From: an uncultured virus (IMG/VR IMGVR_UViG_3300031088_000775)
Taxonomy: Duplodnaviria; Heunggongvirae; Uroviricota; Caudoviricetes
Strand: one strand, 5' to 3'
Length of the DNA stretch: 64,000 nucleotides
IMG/VR virus record: IMGVR_UViG_3300031088_000775
Position 1 is the first letter of the stretch, and every line of letters starts with the position of its first letter. Below are positions 29,619 to 40,203 of the stretch, one piece after another. The notes beneath the pieces were generated by a model. The model ran no database searches. It was not told where the DNA came from and saw nothing but the letters and a program-made list of their open reading frames with translations. The position numbers and the translations under genes were made by a program.

Positions 29619-30119
29619 TTAGAGTTTTAGGGAGCCGATGAGTTCACTGCTAATAAATTCTCCAGCGCTATTGAATAGGCTTTCTTTCAAGACGATAGAG
29701 TCAATTGCGATTCCGTCTTTTTCGTGAGCTTCTCGTAGTTGAGCTTCAGTAAAGTTTTTAGAAAGTGAAATGTGGGGATTGTAGTTTTCGCCAGAATATT
29801 GAGGCTGCATTATTTCGTAACCTGAGTCTTCAGTAATTTTCAATAGACTCTTGTGGAGTTCTTGAAGTTCTTTATTGCTGTTAAGCCTTACTACTTCAAA
29901 TTCATTGTTTTTACCGAAGTAGTCAGTCTCTGCAAGGCTAGCATGGATTGGTTTATTTGCGAAGTCAGCCTTGTTAACTGTTTCTAGTAGTTTTTTGAAT
30001 CCTTGATTGTTCACGTCGTTAATTTGACCTAAGACTGTCAAGTGTGGTGAGGCGTTTGAGTCATTGATTGGTAGGAAGTAAATGAAGAATCCACGGCGCG
30101 TGATTGTTTGAGCGTTCAC
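29619..30119 (-). CDS. 2H phosphoesterase (2'-5' RNA ligase/LigT superfamily)
   Basis: Two HxT/S motifs: PHLTV and PHISL. Confidence 0.8.
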   Translation of the reverse strand: MNAQTITRRGFFIYFLPINDSNASPHLTVLGQINDVNNQGFKKLLETVNKADFANKPIHASLAETDYFGKNNEFEVVRLNSNKELQELHKSLLKITEDSGYEIMQPQYSGENYNPHISLSKNFTEAQLREAHEKDGIAIDSIVLKESLFNSAGEFISSELIGSLKL

Positions 30120-30433
30120 TAGTTTAATCCTTTTTATCTTTAAGCATCCTCTAACAATGATAACACAAATAGTCAGAGCGCCTTTCCGTGTTAAGCGTTA
30201 AAAGCTTTAGCGCTGAGAGTTTATTGAAGTGTCTAAAGTGCTCCGCTGCGTCTGTATTTAGAGCGCTTCAGGTATTCTCCACGCTATTCTATTAAGCTTT
30301 TATGCTATTCTGTTAAGACGTGTTTAAAGTCTTACTTGGAGTTCTTGCTTATCTAATTTATCTAAGGATTGAATCTTACTAAGGTTTCGTGTAAAGTTGT
30401 ATTTGTACGAAATAAAAAGTTAAGGATTCTGAA

Positions 30434-30712
30434 ATGGCACAATTCACTACTGTAATCACGAAGTCTGATCGCGTTGAAGAGATGAAGGCTTATCTTGCTT
30501 CGCATTCTTCGAATAGTTGGGATATTGTGACTGCTGCTGATGAAGCGGAGGCTGTTGAAATGGCGAAGGAAGGGTTTCTTGTTTCAGCCTTGCAGAGCTC
30601 TGCATCGTTGGAGGACTCTGATGCTTATGATTTCGCTATTGCGGAGAGCGAGGCCTATGAGATGACTGATTCAAATGGAGTCGTTATTGGCTGGGAAGTC
30701 GATAGTCTTTAG
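30434..30712 (+). CDS. Small acidic hypothetical protein
   Basis: AAGGA RBS, conserved promoter upstream, terminator-like hairpin downstream. Confidence 0.7.
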   Translation: MAQFTTVITKSDRVEEMKAYLASHSSNSWDIVTAADEAEAVEMAKEGFLVSALQSSASLEDSDAYDFAIAESEAYEMTDSNGVVIGWEVDSL

Positions 30713-30881
30713 ACAGTGAGCGTTAAGTCTCAGTGAGGTTAAGAATAAAAGCTGCGTATTGAGTTTTCTCTTTGCGCGGCTTTTATTAGTTTTAGAAGTA
30801 AGAGTCTAGCGGGCGTTATTTTTGATAGAATCTTAAATAGGGTAGTATTGTCAACTCAAAACGTTCTGGAGGATAGTTTAA

Positions 30882-31520
30882 ATGGATTACAGTTTTCTCG
30901 AAGATACTGAAGCATCATTTCGTAATAAGGTAGAGGAGTTAGGCTTACCAGAATTTGTAAAGAATCTTCCTCGCGAGTTGCTAGGTCGCCCTTACCATAA
31001 CTCTCATCACCTGCATCTTGTTGCTTTGAATACTTTGAGGATCGCTCGAAGTGAGGGTCTTTCAGAAAATCTTCAGAAAGTTGTTTTTGCTGCTGCGATA
31101 TGCCATGACCTTGACTATGTGAGCAAGGATAATGAGCCGGCAAATATATCTTTAGCAGTTAGTAAGTTCAAGCGTATTTCAGAATTCCTTAATTTTACGA
31201 GTGAGGAAAAAGATTTTGGTGTGCAGTCAATTAGGAATACAGATACTAGCGTAAAGAAAAAGTTTTGTGGAGATAGTGATTCTTGGATTCTCCATGATGC
31301 TGATTTGACTCTCTGGTGCCGTATTCGAAGTTTTGATCACGCGTGGTATTTGTGTGAGGGCATTGAGAAAGAGCTGGGGATAGAAACTGACGTTTATAGC
31401 ACTTTAGCGTTTTTGAAGAATTCTAAAATTTTCACGATGACGGGGAAGAAATTAGTCCGCGATCTAGAGGTCAAGTTGATTGAGTGTCCGACTGTTGGCC
31501 GCTGGATTTCTTATTCTTGA
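30882..31520 (+). CDS. HD-domain phosphohydrolase
   Basis: PYHNSHH, AAICHDLDY, LHDADL; GGAGG RBS. Confidence 0.75.
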   Translation: MDYSFLEDTEASFRNKVEELGLPEFVKNLPRELLGRPYHNSHHLHLVALNTLRIARSEGLSENLQKVVFAAAICHDLDYVSKDNEPANISLAVSKFKRISEFLNFTSEEKDFGVQSIRNTDTSVKKKFCGDSDSWILHDADLTLWCRIRSFDHAWYLCEGIEKELGIETDVYSTLAFLKNSKIFTMTGKKLVRDLEVKLIECPTVGRWISYS

Positions 31521-31714
31521 TTCAACCTAGTCCTCTTGTTGTAGTTTTTGGTTACTGAAGTTTAGTTTTTGTGGTTTCAAGTTTTTGTGGTTTTGTGAAC
31601 TCTGTACGCATTAATGGTTTATGCGTTAAGGCTTTACCTGTTAAAATAAATTACGGTATTTTTTAGTAAGTAGACTAAGGCAGTTTTTAGTCTTAAGAAA
31701 AATGGGGAATTGTT

Positions 31715-32410
31715 TTGAAAGATATTTGCGAGAGTTACGTTACTCTAGAAGAGCGCATTGAGTTTTTGCGTGAGACGATGCATAGAAATATTGAAGGACG
31801 TTTGGATAATTACTACTATACTCAAGAAATTCCTAAAATGTTTAGTCTTGATGGATACTCTAGTCTAATTGTTGATGATGATTGGTATTTGAAGATTCTT
31901 GATTTAGTGAAGAACGAAGATCATTTGAGAATTATTCATGTTTTTTCTTCATGGTCTAAAGAATCATTTTTTGAGTACAAGGCTGCTTTAGATACTTATT
32001 CTAGAATTACGAATTATCAAGTATTGAGTGACCGCTTTAATTGCTTTAAAGATCTTTATCTTAAAAGAGAGGATAAAGATGTTTTTACGATGATTGATGC
32101 TGGGGACAATATTTACTCGTTGGAGATTATTTCGAGCCCAGCCTTTGGATTATCAGCATTCATCTCTAGTGAGTCTAGTCATTTACACTTTAGTATGCTT
32201 ATTAAGTACTTGGTTGATTGGTCATGTGCGTTTAGTCTTGAGACTCAGAGGAAAGTCTATAGTTGGTTTTCAGAGAATAGAGGTTATAGCTTTAGCGTTA
32301 GGCTAGCCTATTATTTGACGATGATTTTTGAAGAATCTGAAAATGTTGAGGAGTCGCTTTTAGAGTTAGAGGAAACTCCGATCGAGTGGCTTGAAGCTTT
32401 GTGGAGTTGA
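31715..32410 (+). CDS. Hypothetical protein with C-terminal P[IL][ES]W motif
   Basis: Ends EETPIEWLEALWS. Confidence 0.65.
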   Translation: MKDICESYVTLEERIEFLRETMHRNIEGRLDNYYYTQEIPKMFSLDGYSSLIVDDDWYLKILDLVKNEDHLRIIHVFSSWSKESFFEYKAALDTYSRITNYQVLSDRFNCFKDLYLKREDKDVFTMIDAGDNIYSLEIISSPAFGLSAFISSESSHLHFSMLIKYLVDWSCAFSLETQRKVYSWFSENRGYSFSVRLAYYLTMIFEESENVEESLLELEETPIEWLEALWS

Positions 32411-32549
32411 ATCTAGTTAAGATAGTCTCTGTAATTTGAGATATTCTTTTCCTCTCGTAGTCAATTAAGGTCGGATCGGTAATCTATCTTCGACTCTTGG
32501 GAGTATTTATGAATGCTTTTTGAATGAATACTGTTTGAGGCAGTATTTT

Positions 32550-32715
32550 TACTGTTTTATAGATCGAGTAGAAACTGCGCTACTAAGCGCGTCTAGTTAG
32601 ACCCGAGGCTATCACGGCAAACTAGGTGGTCTTTTCGTGTTTCTATGCAGTTTTGACGGAAAATGCTGTTTACTGTATGACTATACCCTAAGAAGCTTTT
32701 TGCTGTCTTAGACTG
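32550..32715. repeat. Dispersed ~180-bp structured element, copy 2
   Basis: AGATCGAGTAGAAACTGCGCTACTAAGCGCGTCTAGTTAGACCCGAGGCTATCACGGCAAACTAGGTGGTCTTTT...ACTGTATGACTATACCCTAAG. Confidence 0.9.
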
Positions 32716-32958
32716 CAGTCTCTCTGTAAAGAGCAACCTTCCTCAATTCAGAAATCATAGGATATTCTCTCTTTAAAGTCTCGACGATCACGCAGTGCAA
32801 TTATTATTGAAGAATAATTCAAAGTTTACGTTGTGTCTCTATTGGATGTATAAAAGTGGAGTTGCAGAATACTATGCACCCTGCAACCCCACTAATAAGC
32901 TGGTTATTCAGTAACGAATACCGAACCTGCATCAGCTCTGGAATCAATTCTTAATGTT

Positions 32959-33477
32959 TTACCTAAGATCAGGATGATTTTGAACATTAGCATCCTCGTC
33001 CTGTTCAATAGTGAAATAGCTCATAATAATTTTATTGACTCCATATTTATCTTCGAAACTGTTCTCGAATATCTGACTCCATTTACTAACCTCATCGTTT
33101 CCAACAAATCTCTTGAAACATTCAGCTAAGAAAGCATTAGCTTCAACTATGTCGTTTCCAGCAAAGTCCTCCCATAATTGGAGATTGCTAGGGAAACTAT
33201 AAAGTCGGTATCCTTTATATGTAACATAATTTATATTAGATACAAGAATGAATGCTTCTGTAATTTCAGGGTCCCCAATAAAATCATATTCATCTGAGTA
33301 GTCTACACTACGCAAGTCATCGAGAGACATTCGCCTATCCTTATCTGCCATGTATAAATTTCCAGATAACCACGATTCAGGGCTTTCATCTTGACTCCTG
33401 ACAGAATAGTCTACCTTTAGTATGTAGTGGATCTCATTTGTTTCCTTATTCACAAGGTAATAGTTTCTGATTTTCAT
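32959..33477 (-). CDS. Hypothetical protein
   Basis: 172-aa ORF. Confidence 0.6.
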   Translation of the reverse strand: MKIRNYYLVNKETNEIHYILKVDYSVRSQDESPESWLSGNLYMADKDRRMSLDDLRSVDYSDEYDFIGDPEITEAFILVSNINYVTYKGYRLYSFPSNLQLWEDFAGNDIVEANAFLAECFKRFVGNDEVSKWSQIFENSFEDKYGVNKIIMSYFTIEQDEDANVQNHPDLR

Positions 33478-33666
33478 GGATATGTACTCATTTCTTTCAC
33501 GGGATTTACATTTACTTCTTTAAACTCCATTTTAGTTTTATCTCTTTTTCAAATTCTAGTGTCCTCACTATCTTATCAAGAGGAAATGATCCTGCTAGAC
33601 CTTTAAAAATAAAAATCTTAACAAAAGATTGTTTGAAAATAGAGTAAAACATGGTAATATAGAATT

Positions 33667-33999
33667 ATGGAAAATATTAAAGTAGTAAGAAACAAGGATC
33701 GCTCCCTCAAGGTCGAGCGAATTGACTTCAACCAGATTAAAGAGGGTGATGTAATCCTTCACCTATTCGAAGAGGGTAATCAGTTATCTGGCTGGATGGG
33801 TGAAGCGCTTGAGAAGGGTGTGAATACTGAACAGTGGTATGGCGACCTTTCGGATAAGATCTTATTCGCCGCTACGGATGAAGAACTTCTTTTTGTAGAA
33901 CCTACTTCAAAGATGCGAGAACCTGCTAATGGGCGCCTAGTAGCTGCTGAATGGCACGCGACTGAGGCAGGTCACTCACTTTGGCGTATTGAACTCTAA
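33667..33999 (+). CDS. Hypothetical protein
   Basis: Leaderless ATG after TGGTAATAT. Confidence 0.65.
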   Translation: MENIKVVRNKDRSLKVERIDFNQIKEGDVILHLFEEGNQLSGWMGEALEKGVNTEQWYGDLSDKILFAATDEELLFVEPTSKMREPANGRLVAAEWHATEAGHSLWRIEL

Positions 34000-34213
34000 T
34001 CTACCCTTTGTAAAAATTTTAATACAGTAAAGTGAGAGGAGTAGTTTTAATAATTGCTCCTCTCTCTTTTTAGTAGAGTGAGAGATAGTTTTTAGTCAGA
34101 TAGACATTACTCGAGAATACTCTATTTTTATCTTCTAAAAAACTAGTAAGAAGATTTTGAATGTTCAGTACTTAATATTTGACAAAATAGGGTAAGTTCA
34201 TTATCATAGAACT

Positions 34214-34522
34214 ATGAATACTTCTGAAAATATGAATCCAATCGCTGTTGACCGACTTCCTGAACTCCCAGCAGGCTTTAATTGGCGTATTACTGCTACC
34301 CAAAGTTCGGCAGACGAAACCGTTGTTCAGACACGACTTTGGCTTGAGAGCAACACGGGTAAAACTATCGTCGCCTGGGTTAATGTCCAGAAAGATGGTA
34401 AGTGGATTCAGAATCCTACTCTTGAACAGCTTATGGTCCATGCTGAGGGAATTCTCGAGAAGACGTCTACCCGCTGGGTTCTTAATCTTCCAACAGTCCT
34501 CGAAAAGCCGAGCTTCATGTAG
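34214..34522 (+). CDS. Hypothetical protein
   Basis: TTGACA -35 and TATCAT -10 then leaderless ATG; C-ending codon bias. Confidence 0.65.
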   Translation: MNTSENMNPIAVDRLPELPAGFNWRITATQSSADETVVQTRLWLESNTGKTIVAWVNVQKDGKWIQNPTLEQLMVHAEGILEKTSTRWVLNLPTVLEKPSFM

Positions 34523-34716
34523 GAATTCCTTGTAAGAATTCTTCAAAAATCTTTATAGTGCTCACTCGTTGAGCGCTGTAAACTTGAGAGTAAATTATAA
34601 GAAGCTAAATTCTGTAATTTTACTGGAGAGAAAAGCTTTTTTCTTAAAGTGCTGTAATAGTAAAAAGCATAGTATAAAGTTGTATGTCTCACTAATTATA
34701 ATGAAAGAGGTTTTCT

Positions 34717-35310
34717 TTGAAAATTAAAGTCCTTACTACATTGTTCGCTTTGCTCTCACTTCTTTTTGTAGGATTATCTCCTGCACAGGCTGCAGCGCAA
34801 AGTCATTCAGCGCCTACCTGCGAAAAGAAATGGTTTGGTACAAAGGCAGATTGTACTCGTGCTGAAGCTTGGAGAAAAACTACCTCGCTAACAAATGCTG
34901 CGCTAAATCAAAAGAATAATACTGCACGAGCTACTGAAATTAAGAAGTCTATCTTGAAGGTTGCCGGACCAAGCATGGGAAAAACTTCAAAAGGCTCAAT
35001 GTCAGGTATTGATAAAAACGCTGAAAGTGCTATCAATAATGCATTAGGATATACTGGCAATTCGGTCAGCCTTAACAAAGGTTATTGCATTCAGAAAAGT
35101 CTTCAGAGATACACTAATACGATGACTGCAAATTCGAAGCTAGTTAAAGACTACTACAACTACTTGAATTTTGTTATCCCAAAGAAAATCGGAACAGTCA
35201 ACATTAGCGGATACAAAGCCGTTCTTAAAGGATCGAAAGCTACTGTTAGTAAAATTGGTGCTTATCAGAATGTAAGAGTTCTAGCAAGCGAAATTATGTC
35301 TTGTAGGTAA
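34717..35310 (+). CDS. Secreted basic protein
   Basis: Signal peptide ending AQA; Lys-rich; four Cys. Confidence 0.65.
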   Translation: MKIKVLTTLFALLSLLFVGLSPAQAAAQSHSAPTCEKKWFGTKADCTRAEAWRKTTSLTNAALNQKNNTARATEIKKSILKVAGPSMGKTSKGSMSGIDKNAESAINNALGYTGNSVSLNKGYCIQKSLQRYTNTMTANSKLVKDYYNYLNFVIPKKIGTVNISGYKAVLKGSKATVSKIGAYQNVRVLASEIMSCR

Positions 35311-35398
35311 GTAGTTTTTAAATAAAGTCGGACCGATTATTAGCTTCGGTCCGACTTTATTTTTGCAAGAAAAAGAATATTCATGTATAGTTGTAAAT

Positions 35399-36625
35399 AT
35401 GAATACTTACCTTAATGACGTTGTAGATGCTTCGCGTTTCGAAGACTTCGTAAACCGCGGACTCATCGACTCCCGCCCACATGAGAGCAATCCTCTTCTC
35501 CGAGTGTTTGCTTACGCTAAGCGAGTGCAGTTCGACGGAATCTGGACTCCAGAGACACGACTAGCGCGCGGCCTCATTCTCGAGTTCACTTCAGAAAATG
35601 ACTTCCAGAATGCTCGAATCGTTGGCCGAGGAATTCCAAAGTTCTTCACTATCGAACAGGTTCAGGAAGGAGATTGGACTGCCACTAAGCTTGTTGACGA
35701 TGATGAGAACGTGACTGTAGATGAGCACCCAGTAATCCCTTGGGATGAACCAGCATTCGTTGCTAACAAGCTCAACGGAGCACTCGGTCTCGGTTATGTT
35801 GACCCTGCAGGAAAGATTGCTGTCTCGACTAAGGGTTCATTCGCATCTATCGAGGCTGGAGTTGCTTCTCGCCTAATTACTGAAAAGCTTGAAGATTCTG
35901 AAAAGCAGGTAAATCTCTTCATTCAGTCAGGCTACACTCCATTGTTCGAGATCATTACTCCAGAGCGGCCTCACCCAATTGATTACGGAAATCTTGAAGA
36001 TTTAATCTACCTAGGCTACGTAAACAATGCTGACGGTTACTTCAATCCTGCTGAAGAGTCGCACCTCTTCGCTCAGCTTAGCTTTACTATCGCTGACAAC
36101 ATGCCTTACGATACCCTGCGAGAAGCTGTAGATGCTGACTACAAGCCAAATACTGAAGGAATGGTCGTTACTATCAATGACAGTAACGGTAATCAGCATC
36201 TGTACAAGGTTAAGCCTCAAGAGTACCTCGAACTACGAAAGCTCTTCTACTCGCTAGACGCTAAGGGTTTGAAGCGAAATCTCGAAAAGATGACTGCTGA
36301 TGAAATCAAGGGTATTTCTGAAGCTTCTGAAATCAGCCTAGGTATTGCTGAGGGTGCTTTCAGCGAGGGGCATAAGAATCTCGTGATGAAGCATAAGGAG
36401 TCAATGTATTCGATTGTTCTTGAGGCTCAGAATCTAGCTATTGAAACTCGCAATGAGTTTAAGAAGATTCTCGAAGTTACTCACGACTCTCGAAAGACTT
36501 TGTCTCTAGCAATCAAGAAGACTGACTTCGATCATTCTCTCTTGTTCGCTGCAATGAATGACCACTTCAACCAGACTAACAGTGTTTACACTGTTTCTTT
36601 GAAAAAGGTCTTGAAGGGAAAGTAG
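35399..36625 (+). CDS. T4 Rnl1-like RNA ligase
   Basis: ARGLI, PKFF, motif I KLNG, STKGSF, FEII, EGMVV, YKVK; leaderless ATG 35399 after TATAGT. Confidence 0.8.
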   Translation: MNTYLNDVVDASRFEDFVNRGLIDSRPHESNPLLRVFAYAKRVQFDGIWTPETRLARGLILEFTSENDFQNARIVGRGIPKFFTIEQVQEGDWTATKLVDDDENVTVDEHPVIPWDEPAFVANKLNGALGLGYVDPAGKIAVSTKGSFASIEAGVASRLITEKLEDSEKQVNLFIQSGYTPLFEIITPERPHPIDYGNLEDLIYLGYVNNADGYFNPAEESHLFAQLSFTIADNMPYDTLREAVDADYKPNTEGMVVTINDSNGNQHLYKVKPQEYLELRKLFYSLDAKGLKRNLEKMTADEIKGISEASEISLGIAEGAFSEGHKNLVMKHKESMYSIVLEAQNLAIETRNEFKKILEVTHDSRKTLSLAIKKTDFDHSLLFAAMNDHFNQTNSVYTVSLKKVLKGK

Positions 36626-36807
36626 CTAGATCTAGTTGCTTACTACTGAAAAGCGCGATTCACGATTGAAAAATATTTATGAATCGCGCTTTTTGTTTGA
36701 AACTCGTAAGTATTGATGTATAGTTGTATTTGTACGAACCACGAAAACAAAAATGGTTCAAAAAATAAATTAAACTTTAAAAACAAAAACTTTCAAGGAG
36801 TTAAAAA

Positions 36808-37080
36808 ATGTCTAGAGCACAGGAATTCGAAGACATCCTCAACGCTATCCCACATGGCGAACGTGGGTCCGAAGAACGCGCACTCTACCATGAACGCCAG
36901 CAGGATGTAATGGACGAATTCCGCGAATACCTTGCTGATACTCACGGTTATGACTTCACTCCGGCTCAACAGGCCGCAGTATACGACCGCGCTATTCATC
37001 GTGCCGACGGAGGCCTCTACAGTATTGAGGTTGAATATGAGGAGATTGCTGACTTCGTTCGCGACTTCAACTCCCTCTAA
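36808..37080 (+). CDS. Small hypothetical protein
   Basis: AAGGAG RBS, promoter motif, strong C-ending codon bias. Confidence 0.75.
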   Translation: MSRAQEFEDILNAIPHGERGSEERALYHERQQDVMDEFREYLADTHGYDFTPAQQAAVYDRAIHRADGGLYSIEVEYEEIADFVRDFNSL

Positions 37081-37119
37081 AACAAGATAACTCGTAAAGA
37101 AAAAGCAAAGGATTCTAAA

Positions 37120-37311
37120 ATGTCTGAAATTGTAAAGCAGAATGTTGCTGGAGTCCGTGAACTCCGATATATCATTGTTAAGAATGATGTGAACCGCGCT
37201 ATCGCAGCCTTCAAGAATCTTGGAGATGCTGAGACTCTCCTCGCGAATCTAGATGACCCGGAATTCATCATTGTAGAATTGCTCGATCAGCTCGGGTATA
37301 TCCAACGCTAA
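37120..37311 (+). CDS. Small hypothetical protein
   Basis: AAGGA RBS. Confidence 0.65.
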   Translation: MSEIVKQNVAGVRELRYIIVKNDVNRAIAAFKNLGDAETLLANLDDPEFIIVELLDQLGYIQR

Positions 37312-37433
37312 AGAAAAATATTCATGTTTCGAGAAAATTCTCAAATATTTTTGAATAGATTTGCTTTTCTTGAAACATGATGTATAATTATTACTGAACG
37401 AACTTTTAAACAAAAAATTTAAGGATTTTAAAA

Positions 37434-37670
37434 ATGATCAATGCAGAAGCTATCCTGAACGTTGCAAAGCGCTACAACGAAGCTGGCGATGACCAGATCA
37501 CCCAGGAGATCGTTACCACCCTTCAGCACTCCGCAACTATCGCTCGTGATGCTGAAAACCCTGAAACCGCAGTTGCTAACTACCTCCTTGGTTTGCTGAA
37601 CGATCCAGAGGTGCCTGAGTCCTACATTGAGGTTGTCAAGTCGGTAAATCACTTGATTGAACTTGTTTAA
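37434..37670 (+). CDS. Small hypothetical protein
   Basis: AAGGA RBS, promoter motif upstream, GAGGGCGGCATCCC/GGGATGCCGCCCTC hairpin downstream. Confidence 0.7.
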   Translation: MINAEAILNVAKRYNEAGDDQITQEIVTTLQHSATIARDAENPETAVANYLLGLLNDPEVPESYIEVVKSVNHLIELV

Positions 37671-37820
37671 CTTCTAAAAACCTTTTGAAAATAAAGGTTT
37701 ATGAGGGCGGCATCCCGAGGTGAATTTAGGGATGCCGCCCTCAAGAGTATCGCTATCTAAAGACTCTTTGCTTTCTTTATATTGCGTATTTGAGGCAAGA
37801 AGTTTTTGCATATTTAGTAG

Positions 37821-37997
37821 GTCGAGCCTAAGCAGTCTATAGCGTCGTTTTTACTTCTTAGGGTAGAGTCATACAGTAGACAGTATTTACTGTCAAAACT
37901 GCATAGAAACACGAAAAGACCACCTAGTTTGCCGTGATAGCCTCGGGTCTAACTAGATGCGCTTAGTAGCGCAGTTTTCGCTCGATCTAGAAAACAG
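37821..37997. repeat. Dispersed ~180-bp structured element, copy 3 (opposite orientation to copy 2)
   Basis: Near reverse complement of copies 2 and 5. Confidence 0.9.
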
Positions 37998-38046
37998 AAA
38001 AGTTTTACCTTATTGACTGAGTTATGAAAGAGATGAGTTTGATCTA

Positions 38047-38706
38047 GTGGATGACAATCAAAGCATGTTGAATCAGCCTCGAAGAGTACATAGTCTAGCG
38101 AAGACACGGGCAGGGCTTAACAAAATTATGAACAATCTTTCAAAGCTAAAGAATAAAGCAAGATTTGGTGAATCTCGAGCGAATGCAACAGAGGCAAATA
38201 TTGTTTACGAGTCTTATCTTCGTTACGGAGGTCCGCGGACTGAGTTACTAGTTAACTTAATCTCAATGGCTACACATGATCAGTTACAAAAATTCGGTAA
38301 TCTAAGGCTTAAAGAAAAAGACATATTCATGAGATGGCTACCTATGGAGAATATGGCGATTGGATTGATTTTTCTTGAAGCTTTGAGAACACCGACTGGA
38401 TTAAAAATCTCAAGGAGACAACTCCGGAAACCAACATTAAAGAATCTTGCAAAAATCTACTCTCAGCTAGAAATTTCTACAAGTAAGATTGAAATGAGCA
38501 GTTCGAACTCGAGAGAGATCATGTCTTCAATACTTGAGAAAGAGTACAGTAAGTCAATTGTTTCGAATACCTTTAAATATCTAGAGGAAAATAACCTTGA
38601 TCAAGCAATTTACTTCAAAGAGATTATTGAAGCCTTCAAGTATGCCGAAAGAAACAATGTCCCTATAGAGTGGGTTCTTTCTGGCGGACTATCAGAAGAG
38701 AAATAG
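38047..38706 (+). CDS. Hypothetical protein with C-terminal P[IL][ES]W motif
   Basis: Ends NNVPIEWVLSGGLSEEK; start uncertain. Confidence 0.6.
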   Translation: MDDNQSMLNQPRRVHSLAKTRAGLNKIMNNLSKLKNKARFGESRANATEANIVYESYLRYGGPRTELLVNLISMATHDQLQKFGNLRLKEKDIFMRWLPMENMAIGLIFLEALRTPTGLKISRRQLRKPTLKNLAKIYSQLEISTSKIEMSSSNSREIMSSILEKEYSKSIVSNTFKYLEENNLDQAIYFKEIIEAFKYAERNNVPIEWVLSGGLSEEK

Positions 38707-38816
38707 ACGAGTCAAGCGAGAAACTAAAAATCTCTTCTCTCTAAAAAATTTGCAAATCACGCGACTTATTGTATTGTTGTATTTGTAAGCTTTATAAAGT
38801 TTTTAAGGATTTAAAA

Positions 38817-39218
38817 ATGCGTTTGAGTGAAATGATAAAGACAGTCAATGAAAAGATTGCTGCTGGAGAAAAGTACATCGAAATTATCACTGCTCCTGGT
38901 CTCGGGGTCAACTCGCAGTTAGAGGAAACCTTTGGCTTAAAAGACGCATACTACATTGATTCTGTCATTAACTCAACTGATGACTTCACTATTGTCGAAA
39001 GTCGCGGTAAGCTTAATTTGATCTCAATCAATGCAAAGATTATGGTTGCAGAAACAATTGTCATTACTGACTGCGAAGGCGATGATGTGCTCGAAGAGGT
39101 CTGCGAAACTCTTATGAACGATCACGCTATTCTTGATCTAGAGCTAGAAAATTTGAAAACTGTTATTAAAGTTGCTTATGATTTTGCTCTTTCTGCTGAT
39201 GAGATTATTGTGATCTAG
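38817..39218 (+). CDS. Hypothetical acidic protein
   Basis: ATG 38817 after AAGGA; the ORF-track start lies inside the promoter. Confidence 0.65.
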   Translation: MRLSEMIKTVNEKIAAGEKYIEIITAPGLGVNSQLEETFGLKDAYYIDSVINSTDDFTIVESRGKLNLISINAKIMVAETIVITDCEGDDVLEEVCETLMNDHAILDLELENLKTVIKVAYDFALSADEIIVI

Positions 39219-39244
39219 CTTTTACATTACTTTAAAACAAAAAA

Positions 39245-39323
39245 GAGACCACCTAGTTTGCCGTGATAGCCTCGGGTCTAACTAGGTGGTCTCAATAATG
39301 TAGTTTCTACTCGATCTAGAAAC
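39245..39323. repeat. Dispersed structured element, copy 4 (partial)
   Basis: GAGACCACCTAGTTTGCCGTGATAGCCTCGGGTCTAACTAGGTGGTCTC...AGTTTCTACTCGATCTAGAAA. Confidence 0.85.
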
Positions 39324-39391
39324 CTGATATATTTTCGAGAACAAGAATTTTAGCAAATATTCTTATAGAAAAGTTACTTCAGAAAGACTTT

Positions 39392-40069
39392 ATGAGCACA
39401 AAAAAGAGAACTAAGTATGGCAAGAGATTCACTCGATACTTCACTAAGAGCATTTCTCGAGAGTGGGCTACCCATGAGACTCTAGTTGCTTACGGAGACA
39501 CCTATATTGAAAACTATATGGGAGTCTTATTCTATTACTTCAAGTACAAGAAACTTTCTTTTCTAGACTACATGGATTCTGAATTGGATGCTTCAAGTAT
39601 AGTTCTATTAGGATATGCTGAAAGATTCAATAAACTTAATGAGCTAGACAAGAAGAGATTCATTCATATCAAGAATAGATCTAGCTCAATTGAAACATCT
39701 TTCGTAATTGTAGACCTATTAAACTCAACTAGCTTTAATGAAGCCGACTCTTACATCTATGCAAAAAGCCATAAAAAGTTTATGAAAATTCAAAGGCTTC
39801 TAAAAGACTACAAAGAGTCAGATGTAGCCTTGAATAATCTAAATGATGAAGAATACATGATTCATCTTCTTTTTAAAAGTCTTTTACATAAGAGATACAA
39901 TCAAAGTGAAATTTCTTTGACCTACGAAGAATTAAACTCTAACTCTATACCTCTTCATGAGGTAAACGTCTTGAAGCTACTTAAATTTCGCGAGGCCAAT
40001 ACTGACTTTAGAGACACTCCTCTATCATGGATACTACCCTTGCGTCTAATAGAGTTTAATCACGAGTAG
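39392..40069 (+). CDS. Hypothetical protein with C-terminal P[IL][ES]W motif
   Basis: Ends RDTPLSWILPLRLIEFNHE. Confidence 0.6.
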   Translation: MSTKKRTKYGKRFTRYFTKSISREWATHETLVAYGDTYIENYMGVLFYYFKYKKLSFLDYMDSELDASSIVLLGYAERFNKLNELDKKRFIHIKNRSSSIETSFVIVDLLNSTSFNEADSYIYAKSHKKFMKIQRLLKDYKESDVALNNLNDEEYMIHLLFKSLLHKRYNQSEISLTYEELNSNSIPLHEVNVLKLLKFREANTDFRDTPLSWILPLRLIEFNHE

Positions 40070-40203
40070 TGCAGAAATATTTTAAAATGCAAGAAGAAAG
40101 CGTATAGATGAATTAACAGTGAAGACTTGTATTTGCTTTCTCGATAAAATGTTATATAGTTGTTTACGAACTTAATTCAATCAAAAAGTTAGTGAGTGTG
40201 AAA

